From Camelus ferus (Eukaryota), in contig NC_045696.1 in NCBI RefSeq assembly GCF_009834535.1, positions 114,950,001-115,014,000 of the forward strand: a stretch of DNA of 64,000 nt, given 5' to 3'. Positions within the stretch are counted from its first letter, which is position 1. Each line of letters begins with the position of its first letter. The notes beneath the pieces are model-generated. The model did not search any database. It saw only the letters and a list, made by a program, of their open reading frames with translations, and had not been told where the DNA came from. A program made the translations under genes and the position numbers. Positions 1 through 13,050 of the stretch are shown here, piece by piece.

Positions 1-249
1 TGCTGTTGCTTCCACCTGAAAGGTCACCAAAGGCAAAACCACGTTGTTTTTCCTTCTTCCTGCCGTGTCTGAGGTTAACATGGACAAGTGTTAATATGAT
101 CTCAGTGTGTGAGATGGGAATATGTAATGCTGCCAGCTGATTCCAACACTTTGTGAGTCCAGTTCTTCAGAATGAGGAGAAATGATTTAACCATCATCAA
201 CATCCATGGACCTCCTGTCTTCAAACTCTTTTTGTGTTATTGGAAGACA

Positions 250-535
250 GAAGCACAGTTTGTAAAGTCAGCCTGACTAATATTCAAATATGATTCTACC
301 CTTACTTTTTGACCTTGAGGCTAAGCAGTGTCTCTAACAGAGTGTTCTTGCTGATTGAATGAAAATTATAGCAGCTGTATCACATGACTGTTTAAGTCAA
401 TGAAATTATATACACATGTGGGTATATATATATGTGTGTGTGTGTATTATATTATATATTATATATATATTATATATGCAATATATAATATACAGTGCCT
501 TGCAAGGACCCTGGCATAGAGTAAGTGTACCCTGC
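250..535 (+). mobile_element. Degraded MIR SINE interrupted by a (TA)n/(TG)n microsatellite
   Basis: MIR-like 3' end 'agtgccttgcaaggaccctggcatagagtaagtg'; TA/TG low-complexity tract at ~405-492. Confidence 0.45.
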
Positions 536-825
536 AAGTGCAAGATGAAGACCAGACATTACTATTATGATTTCTAAATCCTTAACTTGAATCTAATCCT
601 CCCTCAGGAAGTAGAATTCTGCATTTCCCACTGAACAGATGAGTGAGAAAGTCTTAATGGCAATCAAACAAAATAAGTGTGACACTGAACTATTGTTCTC
701 TCAAAACCAGCTCTCCTAATTCCCCATTTACAATAAGGGCATGAGCATTCTGACAAGGTTTTCGGGCTTAAAAGTTGGGAATCATCTCCATTTATCAATC
801 AAGTATCTAATCAGTTGGTGAATAC

Positions 826-1850
826 TGTTGAAGTAAAAACAGTATGTAGGTTTATATGCATGTAGTGACCTAAAAACCCTAAGGCTCACCAGCTGGAGGT
901 TACCTGGAATTCGTATCCAATCAATGTTGGATTTATTACCATAAAAAAGAATAAAATAATGCCATTTGCAGCAACATGGATGGACCTAGAGATCATCATT
1001 TTAAGTGAAGTAAGCCAAAAATAGAAAGAAAAATACCACGTGATTTCGCTCTTATGTGAAATCTAAAAAAACAAACAAAAAAAGAAGACACTAAGAAACT
1101 TATCTACAAAAGAGAAATAGACTTGCAGACATAGTGAACAATCTTATGGTTACCAGGAGAAATGGGATGGGAAGAGATAAATTTGGGAGTTTGAGACTTA
1201 CAAATGTTAGCCACTATAAATATAGATTAAAAAAGCAAATTTATTCTGTATAACACAGGGAACTATATTCAATACCTTGTAAAAATCTTTAATGAAAAAA
1301 ATATGAAAATAAATATATTTAGGTATATGCATGACCAAGACATTGTGCTGTACGCCAAAAATTGACACATTGTAATTGACTGTACTTCAATTAAAAAAAA
1401 AAAGTTGGGTTTATTAAACTTGGGAAACCACATCCCAGAGATATATCTTGGGACTCTCAGTAAGCGGGTGTGTGGAGGGGCTTACATAGGTTTGGGATTC
1501 TGTTGCATGGTTCCTATGAGGGTCTGGGAATGCAGCAACCAACTCCAGATTGGATACAATCAAGGCACGGGGAGCTCAGCTGTTGGGTACCTAACTGTTG
1601 GGTGACTTCATGGAGGAGACGAGATGAATGAAACAGGGCTACATTAGGCATTGGTAAAAAGCCAATGGGTAATTGGAAATTACCCGAAAAATGGTGGTGT
1701 TAGTCATTCTGCAGCTGAGATTTGACCTTGGGAGAACACTGAAACATTTTGTATGTGACCTTATCAATGTCACGTTGGAAACATTGGTTTTCTTTTTGTA
1801 GGAACACCACATTCTGATTACCAGCAAGACTGATTTTTTTCTTTCTCACA
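826..1850 (-). mobile_element. Ancient LTR-like element (ERV class) split by an L1 insertion
   Basis: TG...CA termini (826/1850), flanks atac/gtac, about 545 bp net after removing the L1 and one TSD copy; family not recognised. Confidence 0.4.
939..1400 (+). mobile_element. LINE-1 3' end (ORF2 tail + 3'UTR + polyA), 5'-truncated
   Basis: 'atgccatttgcagcaacatggatggacctagag...' L1 ORF2 C-terminal signature; A-tail; 16-bp TSD aatgttggatttatta (923-938) / aaagttgggtttatta (1401-1416). Confidence 0.93.
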
Positions 1851-2384
1851 GTACAGTTCTTTTAGAACAAGGTAATTCCACTACATGTCCTTATTCAGTT
1901 TTTAAAGTATTCCACAGCACCTAGTCAAGAACATTATTGATTAATGTTGAGTAAATCTGTAGTATAATTAAACAGTGAAAAATTGAAGTCCAGAGTCAAT
2001 ATGCTTTTGTGGGAAGCGTTCATTCAATGTATTTATGGGACTTCTGGGTCTTCTGCTGGGTCCTAGGGATCCAACAAATCATCAGAGCCTGTGTTCTGCA
2101 GTAGCTCATAATCTAGAAGAGGCGAGAGAGAAGCACCACGGTGGGATAAATGATAACATAATGGCACAAACAAACTTTGTTTAGACAAGTTGGGAAAACT
2201 TCCCAAATATCGTAACACTTAAATTGTGACTCAGAGTTTTACAAAATTCTGTTAAGAAAAAAACAAAGGTTGAATATAGGAGAAGGCTGAGTGATAAGAG
2301 ACAGATATGAATGTTAAAGCATTGTCCCATGTTTTTTTTTTCTTTTTTTTAATAAGTGATACTTTTCTTCCAAAGCAACCTAGT

Positions 2385-2845
2385 GGAAATTAAAATACAA
2401 ATTGAATCAATAGGAGACGTTTTAAAAATCTGGCACATTGATAAGAAACTTTTGAAAAAGATCTATTGTAAACATTCAGGATTGGCAAGGACGGAAGGAA
2501 ATGAACATGTTCACAAATTGCGGAAGAGTGAACAAATCACTGCAACGTTCCTGGTGGGTGACTTGGAGATTTGCATGATGGGTTTTAGAAACGTTCAAAT
2601 TTTTTGGCCTGGTAACTCCATTTTTTGGAATTTATACTAAGAAACTAGTCAACTATGTATACAAAGGCTTATACATGACATTTTTATTGCAAGTAATAGC
2701 AATAGCTAAGGGACTAGAAACAACCTAAATATTTGACAGGACAGAAAAGGATAAATAAATTATGATGCACTAGGACACTTTGCAGTCATTAGAAAACATG
2801 TTTGGGAAGAACATTTAATGACAGGTCAACATGCTCATAATAACA
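2385..2845 (+). mobile_element. Ancient L1ME-like fragment
   Basis: Degenerate L1 3' motifs 'taactccattttttggaatttatactaagaaa', 'ctagaaacaacctaaatattt', 'ggataaataaattatgatg'. Confidence 0.6.
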
Positions 2846-2854
2846 TAAGGATTG

Positions 2855-3082
2855 CAGTAGGGTATGAAACATGCATTTTAGCCTCAGAGAGACCTAAGTT
2901 CTTATTATGTCCTTGCTAACTATCTGTTATAGCCCTGGAAAAGTTACTTAAGGCATCTAAGCTTCAGCCTATAAAATAGATAAAAATAACAGTCCTTGCT
3001 CCATACAGTTGCTGTGAGGGTTGATAGGAATGACATTTAATGAGTTTAGTGCCTGGTCCCATAGTCAGGGTTGAATAAATGA
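2855..3082 (+). mobile_element. MIR SINE
   Basis: MIR core 'aagttacttaaggcatctaagcttcag...acagttgctgtgagg' and 3' end 'gtgcctgg...gaataaatg'. Confidence 0.7.
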
Positions 3083-3108
3083 TATGATGGATGATGATGG
3101 TATACTTT

Positions 3109-3708
3109 TATTGTTGGCAATTTGGTTCTCCTCTCATTGCAGAAAAAATTCAGAGACATGGAGGTTAAAAAATCAAAGTGGGGATGTATTAAGTGATGGA
3201 TAGCACACTCAAGGGGAGAGCGGGCAGGCTCAGGTGAGCGGCTGCCCTGAGTTTCTTTGGCGAGTAGGTGACACAGGGTGTAAAAATAGAACGGGTAGAA
3301 TATTCACCGGGGAGGGAGGAGTTTGGGGTCATATTCCCTGATCTCTATTTCAGTTCCCCCCTCCCAAGGGGAGGAGGGATTTTTGTCCTTATTTAGTCTG
3401 GATAGGAAGTGTCCTGGCATCAGTGCATGATGGGTACTTCTCATCTGCAAGGCTAATTTTATTGTAATGAGGGCATAATGAGCAAAAGGTTACATTCAGA
3501 CTCTGGAGATTCCTGCCTTTCCTACCTTTCTTTGTTGGCCTCCAGGCCACTTGTCACCCCAAAATATGTGATTTCTTACCAGTCCAGAGATTCCTGCTTT
3601 TCTCTGTCTGCCCAGGGACCCCTGTTGTTCACAAGATGTACGGTTTCCTGCCATTTGGCAGTGCCCCCCACCTCTCTGCTCATACCTAGCTACCTGACTG
3701 CTCTAACA
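3109..3708 (-). mobile_element. ERV1-class solo LTR (MER50-like start)
   Basis: 600 bp; minus strand begins TGTTAGAGCAGTCAGGTAGCTAGG; 4-bp TSD cttt at 3105-3108 and 3709-3712. Confidence 0.8.
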
Positions 3709-4019
3709 CTTTCAAATTGCTCTTTTCCTTCTGTCACATAGAGATGGGTCTTCTACTGCCTCCTGCAGCTGTCGGCTGTTATTTTTATGTCTTCTATCTT
3801 CTTTAACATGAACTTGTTTGGGTAACAGCCTGAGTGTATCTTTATAGTCTGTGTGCAGAGCAAAGACTAAAGGCTTCAGATGCCCACAGCCATAACTTCC
3901 AGAGGCTTTTCTGATCTTTGACTTTTATTGGATATCTAGATGCTATAAAATTAGACAGTATCTTATCCAGTAGGCAACATGTATAGCCCTGCTGGCTTGG
4001 AGTGGAGGTAAAAAATAAT

Positions 4020-4245
4020 AGCAAATAATCTATATAATATTAAGTGCCAGGCATTATACATTAATACACAGGCTAATTCACTTAATTCTCATAGCAACTG
4101 CATGAGGCAGGGCTATAATTATTCTCATTCCACAGATGAACATACTGGAGAGATCAGATAATTTGCACAATATCACACAGATAATTAGTGAACAAGCCAG
4201 GATTCAAGCCCATGTGGGCTGGCCCTGGAGTCCGTAATTCATTAG
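4020..4245 (-). mobile_element. MIR SINE
   Basis: 'gtgccaggca...attctcatagcaactgcatgagg...cattccacagatgaa...ccaggattcaagccc'. Confidence 0.75.
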
Positions 4246-4399
4246 CACACTGAACTGGCTTCTAGAGAGACTGGACTGTAAAATCCGTGCAGGCAGACAC
4301 CGTATGGGACACACAGACTCCTAGACCTCCACCTCCTCCTGCTATAATTGGCACAGAGTGACAACTCGATAAATGTTGCACGAAGCTTGACTGACTGGC

Positions 4400-4640
4400 T
4401 AAAGTGGAGAAGGTGGACACTGCAAAATCCAAAAGCAGTGTGTTGCGTGCAGCCCTGCTGATTGATAATCATTTTGCAGCTGCTTTTCCCCGCCTGGACT
4501 CTCAAGTCAATCAACTACTGTTGAGACAGCACCCTAATGCAGTTCCTCTTTGTAACAGCGGTGGCGCTAGAGCGCTCCTGTTTGGGACGAGAGCAGTAAT
4601 TGGCAGCCATTCAGCCAATCATTTCTAAATCTTGGAAACA
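4400..4640. promoter_or_regulatory. Candidate conserved enhancer/insulator-like element
   Basis: Repeat-free, CpG-retaining; TGATTGAT (4459-4466), TGATTGAC on minus (4506-4513), CTCF-like TGCAGTTCC...CAGCGGTGGCGCTA (4538-4569), AGCCAATCA (4613-4621). Confidence 0.4.
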
Positions 4641-6898
4641 ATCAGCCTTAAACAGTAAGACGACTTCCAAATTATTTTTTTTATTCGAACTATATAAATG
4701 CTACAATTTGATCTCCCCTTGCTCCAAATGTTTTCTCACAAAACAAATATGCTTTTTGTCTCACCTCAGGCTTAGAAAATTCACGGCTTTGGGGTGGCAT
4801 GTAGCTACAGATCTCAAAGCTGAGAACATGATTTTGGCTCTTGTTTTCTGTTTGCTTGACTGAGTAGTTTATTATAATCCCAATTTTAAAATTCTTAGAA
4901 ACACGAAACAGTCTTTGCCAGGAGTACAACTGCTTTCCTTCTAAACTGCCAGCGTTTCAGTATGTCTTGCAACATTTTAATTACTTTGCAGACGGAACCA
5001 AACACATGCATAAAACACTGAAGGCCTAGGAATGTCCCCCTCACCATAATTACTTTTTGCAAACGATTACTTACATTTTCATAATTATTCAAGTGTTTTT
5101 GTACAGGGAATTTTTCATTTTAAATGGAAAATTGTACCTCCATAAAAGCCACTGCAAATTAGCAGCTTTAATACAGCAATTCGGATTCTCGGTACAGTAC
5201 ACTGTTGATACTGCGGTTGGATCACACGCTGGTTATTTAGAAAAATGGATTTGCCGCAGCAACCTGTTAAATTTGAGTTCTTGCCAGAAGATTTGTTGTC
5301 CTTTAATGTAGCATTCTGTTTTCAAAAGAAGTCCAAGCTGTACACACTATCTGTTAGTAGTTTTAAGAAGCTCAGGATTTCCCCACGTGGGTAGAATAGA
5401 TGTTTCAGCTCATAATCTTTCTCTGTAGAGGATTGACAGGTAGGCCGAGCTGAACTCTGTCAAAAGAAAAGAAGGAAAATGCTCAGTAAAATTTCCGTAG
5501 CTACATCTGAGTCAACTGACACATTTATATATTATCTCTAGTATCAATGTGCCGGATAGAGGTACTATGTTCACACAAAGATAGAATTTATAATATACAG
5601 ATCATATATTAAGTACAAATATGATTGTTAATAATTTCATATGTATAGACTAGAATAGAATAGAAATGCGTATTAACTCTTAAAATTAATGTTAAGGAAT
5701 AGAAATGAGCAGAAATTAGTAAAGATCAATTCTAATCTCACTACCAAGAAAAAAGCATAGTTATCATTATGAGCTTTTACTAGGAAGTTGGGTGAATTTA
5801 TGCTCTGGTAATATACAAAATGGAATGTGATTTCTAATTTTAAATTTGTGAAGAGTTTCTGCTGCTTTCATTTAATCACTGGTATTGGCCAAACCTTTGT
5901 TGGATATAATTATGAGAAGAAGTAAATATCACACTTGTTCCACTGTCAGCAGTTGCCTAAGACGACAGAGTGATTTAACTAGAAAAATCAGGAATTTTAG
6001 CTTAGGGATTCCTTTTTCAAAGAAAACAAGCACCTCTAGCAGGTACTCATAAGTGACACATCTCTGCAAATTCTTAAAAAAGATCATTGATGAAAGCCCT
6101 TGAAAATAATAGCAGAATCTTGTATTTGGGGTCAGGGTGAAACCAATTTTTGTACCTCCCCATTTAAGATTTGTCTTCAGTGAAAGCTGAAAATGAAGAA
6201 GATAAGTGAGAAACTGATGTGATCTGGTTCTGGAAAGTTTACACAGACAGCTTTGCATTCAGTCAGGCAGGTGCATGAACACTCGAGGGAGACTGGAAGA
6301 AGAAATCAATTCTCACTCAACAGCATGTCATATACGTTCAATAGAAATGCAGAAATGGCAAAGGTTGTGCCAAAAAAGATACTGTTACCAAGATGCTAAT
6401 TTTGTGTTACCTGGTCCAGCTGAAGTATTTTAATGGGATTAAAATGAGAGGCTCACCCCAAAGTAATTACATACAGACATACTGGATGGTGTGCCTGTGT
6501 GTGTGTAATGCAAAGACAACATAATGTCCTAAGAACATTCACCCAGTGCTTCTAAAGATCAGAGGAAAATAACTTTCTGTACATAGGATGGTTTAAAAAC
6601 TTGAAGCACATTTCATCATTTATTCAAACATTTGTTCCAAATCCAGAAAGCAAAAATACCCTTGGAAAGAGAGAAAGAGCATCATTTGCTAACAATTATC
6701 TTTTACATGTCTAAACCAAGAGGTAATCCACAAATAATTGATTTCCAACTGTTGCATCAGACCATTGTGTCAGCAAATCATGACTCCATTGCCATGTGAT
6801 TATAATTTGAAAAATGGCAAACGCATTGAACAGATGCATCCTGGGAGACCAAAGTCCAGTCCAAATCGGGAATGAAACATGTTGGTAGAACGGTACAG

Positions 6899-6968
6899 TA
6901 GGTTGAACCATGTGGAATGGCTGATTTGTGACCTACAGAAGGAGCAATTTCACATGGTTTACCCCCAT
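6899..6968. mobile_element. MADE2-like mariner-derived MITE
   Basis: Inverted arms aggttgaaccatgtggaatggct / agcaatttcacatggtttacccc (18/23 complementary) around 'gacctacagaa'; TA at both ends. Confidence 0.75.
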
Positions 6969-7016
6969 AGCAATTGTGTTTTATCATTTTTATGACTGCT
7001 CTTCACTTCAGCATGA

Positions 7017-7570
7017 CATGATTAGCTATCTATTGCAGTGCAACAGATTATCCTGAAATTTAATCATTTGAAACTAAATGCATATATTATATCACCATTT
7101 CTAAGAGTCAGGAATTCAGAAGTGGATTGGCTGAGTGGTTCTAGTTCAAGATCTCTTACGAGGTTACCATCAAGATATTGGCCAGGGATGCAGTTATCTG
7201 AAGGCTTGACCGGAGCTAGTAAATCCATCTCCAAGGTGGCTTTCTCACATGCCTGTCCAGTTAGCGCTGGTTGTGTTCAGGAGGCCTTAGCTCCTTGCCA
7301 CAGTGTGTGCTCTACAAGGCTGCTTTACTGTTTTCACAATATGGCAGCTGGGTTGACCCAAAGCAAGAGACCCAAGAGAAAGAAAGCAAGTCACAAGGCC
7401 TGTTAGGACATAGTTATGAAATTCAGGCACCATCGTTTCTACCATACTTTTTTTATTCATTAGAAGTGAATCACTAAGTCCAGACCAAAATCAGGAAGAG
7501 GAGAATTCATTTCTGCCTTTTAAAGAGAGGAGTACCAAAGAATTTATGGATGCATTTTTAAACCACCACA
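7017..7570 (-). mobile_element. MLT1-family MaLR solo LTR
   Basis: Typical MLT1 motifs 'attagctatctattgc...', 'gtcaggaattcag', 'atctgaaggcttgacc', ending 'tttttaaaccaccaca'. Confidence 0.85.
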
Positions 7571-9554
7571 ATAGCAATGGTTACTCTCAATGCAAATATG
7601 ATTGATACTCATATGGTATTTCCAATACAAGTTCCTAATTCTAAGGTTTGATGTGTAATCTTTCACCCTGGTATTCTCTATCTCTGACTACGTGTCTCCT
7701 CCTCATCTCTCTCTTCTACACACTTCTGCTGAGATGGAGCATCTGAAAAGTAGTCATAGTTCCAGGGGCCAAAGGGACGATGATTACTGAACTTCCCATG
7801 TTAGAAAGTAAACATTTTAGTGGAGTGGGGCAAGAGTTTTATGCCTTCCCTATTTATTTCAGACCTCAAAATCACAAAATCTTTTTGAAAAGAGATACTT
7901 CAACAGCTCAGTACAAATCTCCTTATTGTTGATCAGAGTTAATTAAGTTGGGATTCAGCTTAGTTACTAGTTAACTGTCAAGTGTTGAATCAGAAGCTCA
8001 GTCTCCAGACCTCAGGGTTCCTTATTTCTATGGTAGGGTTGCCACTAAGGTGTTATTTAATAGTAAAAATATTATATGATTATGATTGATAGTGATCTGT
8101 GGGATTAAATTGTACAAAACCAAAATTTTTCCCTTCTATTTGGTGCAGTTGTACAGGGAAGTGACGTGACTACTTTCTCTTGTCCTCTGTGTCATCAGGT
8201 CCAATGGCAGATGATTGGAGCTGGTGAACCTAGATTCTTGGAAGCTGTATCCAGAGCAAATAAGCTTTTAAACCTCAAGTTCTGATTTTGATACTGACAT
8301 GAAGCAAATGTGTCTTGTTTCTTCATAGACTTTACATTCTTCTAGCCTATGTTTATAGAATTGAGGTCAGTTGTGTAGGAAACATTTGTGGTAAATATTG
8401 AACACCTTCAGGTAGCTTTCATATGCCATCTAGCCTCACTCCCCAGGAAGAATTTTCAAAGTGTTAATTTGCCAATTTGTGATTTTCTTACTGATTACAC
8501 TTGCAGGGAGCCATCTAGAGACATAATTAGTGGAAAGGCTCTGTAGTTACAAAAGAGTAATCGGGTCAAAAGGTATATGGAAAGTTTTACTAATATCCAG
8601 TCTGGTCTAGAGACAAAGGAAAAATCTGATTACAAACATATGTGTCAGATCACAGACAAAATCTCTAATCTCAGGGAAAATCTGGCATGAATTTATGTCA
8701 CATCAGGCCAAACATAGCATAATCTATGTTTGCCAGTGATGGCGTAGTTCCTGGGTTATTATCCTCTTTCCTTTCAGGAAAAAATAAATAAACAAAGGCA
8801 AAGCATGTACCATATCTAAAATACTACAGTATTAGCCCTAATTTAAATCTCACTAGTAACAGAAAATACATGTTTCTTTAGTACCTGCTCTTCGACAGGT
8901 GCTTGATTAGAGAATGTGGATATGTAACTAGGGAACAGATTCTATTCCCAAGGACCTCGGGGTCTAGAATCAAGAGAACCTAATCAAAAGGGTATAAAAC
9001 AGGGAAAGAGGCTCCAAATACATTTGGGGCATTGTACCTCTGGAAATGATGAAACAAACCAGCAAGCAAGCAAACCAAAAAGAAAAAAAAAAAGAAAAAA
9101 CACAGAGGGAAAAAAATAGTTTTAAGTCCTCATCTGGAAAAGAAGACTGGAAACACTTAGATTTATTGTTTATAAATTCTACAGTGGTGACTTTATTAAT
9201 ATCTGTTTTTTCTGATTCTTGCCTTTGGCTCCATTAGCTGAACTGCTAGAGGGAAGGACTGGTGGACAGTTTGCTTGTTCTTAAGCAGCCTCTGCTCTGC
9301 TCATTGCTTTAAAGATATACAGGGGTTCTGAGTAGTCTTTCAATTAAACACACATCCCTCGTCCAACCTCCTATTATTTTTTCCCCATTTCTGACATTTT
9401 CTCTCCTGATTAATTCTTTGCATTCTTTGAAAGCCAGAAACAATCAATCTCCAAAGGGACTTTATTAGCTGTGGGAGAATGTAAGCGATTGATATTATCC
9501 CACAAAACTTTTATTTTAATTTTTACACACTCAGACTTTAACTGCATAAAATCT

Positions 9555-11130
9555 TTTTTCAATTGAAGTTCAGCATACACACACAAAAATCACACAAAAA
9601 GTAAATGTACGATTCAATGGATTTTCACAAAGCAAATCTGCTTGTTGACTCGCCACTGAGTCACTCACAGCACTCACAGCAAGCAGCCCAGTAATTAACG
9701 CGTCTCTAATAATAACAATAGATTGATTCTCCCCAATACACTGATTTTTGAATTGTACGTAAACAGCATGAATCCACACGTACTCTTTTGTATGTGGCTT
9801 CTTTTTTGTAATATTATGTTTGACTCATTGATGTTTTTATATGTAGCCATGTTTCAATATGTTTCAATACTAAATAGTTTTCCATTATATGAACAGACCA
9901 AAATGTCCATACTACTGTTGGTGCAAAGTTGGGGACTATTATAAATAATACAAACATGAACAATGTAGTTTTTTATGCTTATCTCTTGCATATAACATGT
10001 CTCTTATGCTCCTCTCTGTACTTTCCATCTCTTTTGCCCTCTGTGTTATAATCCAGATATTTCTTATTGACCTGTCTTCCAGTTCACTCACCCTGCCTTC
10101 ACCTGTGTTGCACATCTCATGCTATGATTTTAGTTACTGTATTTTTCAATTCAAAAGTTTTCATTTGACCCTTTTCTAATTTTTTGTTACAATTTCCCAC
10201 CTGGTCATCTATTTGCTCAAAGATATTCATCACAGTTATTTAAACATTTCATCTGATAATTCTATTATTTGTGTCTCATTGTAGTGCTTATTTTTTCTTC
10301 TGGTCCCATGTTTTAACATTCCAAACAATTTTGGTTGCACTATCAATCTTGCATATGACATCTTTTAATGATGATTTGCCCTATCCTCTGGCAGCCAGAA
10401 AGAGACGTAGCACCTAAATCCAGTCAGATCTTGAACTAACTTAATGCTACTTCGCAGTCTTGGTAAGGTTCCGTCTGTTCCTGGTTTACCCCCCAACCTA
10501 TGGTGTATCTCTCCAAAGATCCCAAAGAGAGCCTGGAGGGTTTGTTAGTGCCAGTCCTCCTTGGAGGTCTTGAAACGTGATTTTGGTCTCCCTAGTACTG
10601 TGGGAATGCTGAAAACTCCGCATTACCCTTTAGCCATTATTTGGCTCCTTTTAATATATTTTCTGTTTGGCTACTTTGCATCTTTTCCTGAGTAGCTTAA
10701 TAAGGTGAGAGCTCAACGGGACAACAAGTCTTGAGTGCTAGTTTCACTTCTGTGACCCTCATTCATGATTGGAGTTATGGTCAAGCAAGTCCCAGATGTC
10801 TTGTCATACGAGAACTCCAATGTGGGTTTCCCAAACCCTGTGAAATCACCAGAAGCTCTCTCGTGTTTTGGGACTGTTACAGTTTCTTTACCCAGCTTAG
10901 GTGCATCTTCGCATATGTCAAGAATCATTTGTCCCAAGGAGAAAGCTAATGTACAGAAAATTTAGTAAGATTTCCTTCTCTCCAGGAACTGGCCCTTCAA
11001 AACTGGCTACTTCAGCAGTTCTTTTATTGTTTCAAGTCTACTGTTTAAAATTTCATCGTAATTTTTCATTCTTAGCAGGATGACTGGTCTCCAATAAAAT
11101 ACCCCAATGTAGCTGGAAGTGGAAGTTCCA
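9555..11130 (-). mobile_element. Ancient L1M (L1MC/ME-like) fragments
   Basis: Antisense L1 3' motifs ('aattgaagttcagcatacac', 'cttttgtatgtggcttcttt') followed by degenerate 5'-region-like sequence ('tcttccagttcactca'). Confidence 0.55.
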
Positions 11131-12194
11131 GGCTTGGATTTTTATTTATTCTATATTTTAGAATAAATACTCAAAGAGTAATAAGATAAAGCTGCTACCA
11201 ACATTTAAGACAGTAAATTTAGGAGAAATGAATGGTCTTTACATTATAGACTTTTAAAGAATTTGAGTAAAATAGACCAGATGTTATTTCCACGCCCAAG
11301 ACTGAAATAGGTCAAAAGAGGCCAACAATGCCAAAGCTGAAAATTTTCAATAATGACCGTTACAGTACTTCTAGATTTTAGATTTTCACAAGTACTCACT
11401 TTTCATAAGCCAAAGGTAAAAATTTTCTTTTTAGAACATATCATGCACAGTACTTCGCATAAATATTTGACCTTACTTTCCCCCATACTGTAAGCATTTT
11501 TACCTGTTTCTATGTGTTTTTAGATTTGTTGCCATGATTATTTGCTCTAAAAACACACACTACACAGACTCATCCATTCACGTGCATTTGCACGTGCACT
11601 TATTTTAAAAAATCAGAAGGGAATCTGCTGGTGGACACCAACGGGTTTATGTGCGACACTATTAATTAGAGTAATTGAGAAATCAATATAATGAGCAGCT
11701 CTGGTTATAGAGCATGCGTGCATGTTGTAGGTCTGACCCAGTCCAAGAAATGCTGCAGTAATTAAACTGAAAGCCACAGATGCATCTTTTCTAACCTGAA
11801 GTTCTTCATTGTTCCCTCTCTCATTATGGAAAATGAAGGTGAAGTCAGTTCCTAACCTTTGAGATGTCAATATGCTTTTTAAATTTGCTACACGTTGAGT
11901 TGGTTTTCCAACTAAAGCACCAACTTTAGAAGCTGTGCCAAGTGTTTAAGGATGCTCTTCAATTCATTCAAGTCAGTAACATAATTCTTCTAAAGTTCTG
12001 TACTATAAATTATTGATTTCACCAAATCCACTGAGGTAGAACTCAATATGGAGGATATATAAGTAGTGGAAGTCTCTACTTCTTCTGCTGAAATTCTATA
12101 TATGATTAGTAAAATCTACTCCAGAAAAGTAGGTTCTAAAAGAAGGAAAAAGAGAATAAATGCTTGTTGAATAACTCTCTCCTATCTCTCAATC

Positions 12195-12715
12195 AAAGTT
12201 GGTTTTCATAGACTTTTAAACTTACAGAAAATTTGCAAGAATTGTACAAGGAACTCTCAAAGAGACTCTACCCAGATTCACTAATTACTTGCATCTTGCC
12301 TATTTGCTTTATTGTTATGTCTTCTCCTTGCACCCTCCCTCTTTTCTTCCTTCCATGTTTTTGAGCCTTTTGAGGGTTGTTGGAAACATTTTGCTCCTTT
12401 ACCCCTAAATACTTTAATGTGTCTTTCCCAAGAGAAGGGACAGCCTCTTTGAACAGTTATCAAAATCAGGATATTTAACATTGCTATACTATTATCAAAT
12501 CCATAGTTCATATTCAGATTTGTTCACTAATCCAGCAATGCCCTCTGCAGCCATTTATCCCCCACCCAGGACCCAACCTAGGATCACGTGCTGCATTCGT
12601 TTTCAAGTCCTTTAGACATTTATTGTGAAACAGTCCTACAACCTTACATTTCCTTTCCCTGCATTTGTGAAGAGTACAAGCCAGTTATTCTGAAAAATAT
12701 TCCTCACTTTGTATT
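12195..12715 (-). mobile_element. Ancient L1MC-like 3' fragment
   Basis: 'ttttaaacttacagaaaatttgcaagaattgtacaaggaactc', 'gttatcaaaatcagg', 'gaagagtacaagccagttattctg'. Confidence 0.65.
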
Positions 12716-12859
12716 TCTGCCATGAAACTGGATGAGTTTCTGGATGCCGTGGTAGAGTATGTCTAGAAAAATGTATTGGTCATGTCCACTTGTGTTTCCT
12801 TGTCCTTAGGACCCTGTCTTGGGGCATAATAGTTGCTCAGTAATTGGTTTTTGAATAAA

Positions 12860-13050
12860 TGACTGCTTATAGGTGGCATGCACTTTAGGCATATTCTTTC
12901 ATTTTGAATCCTTGCTACAACTTTTAAATCTAATCGTCTTTAAACCCATCTTGCAGATGAGGAAACCCAGGATCAGAGACCAGTCATCACCACAATCACA
13001 CAAGCTATTAACTTACAGTGCTGTGACGGGGAAGCCACATCTCTCTCTTG
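12860..13050 (-). mobile_element. MIR SINE remnant
   Basis: 'cccatcttgcagatgaggaaacccagg' MIR core. Confidence 0.55.
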
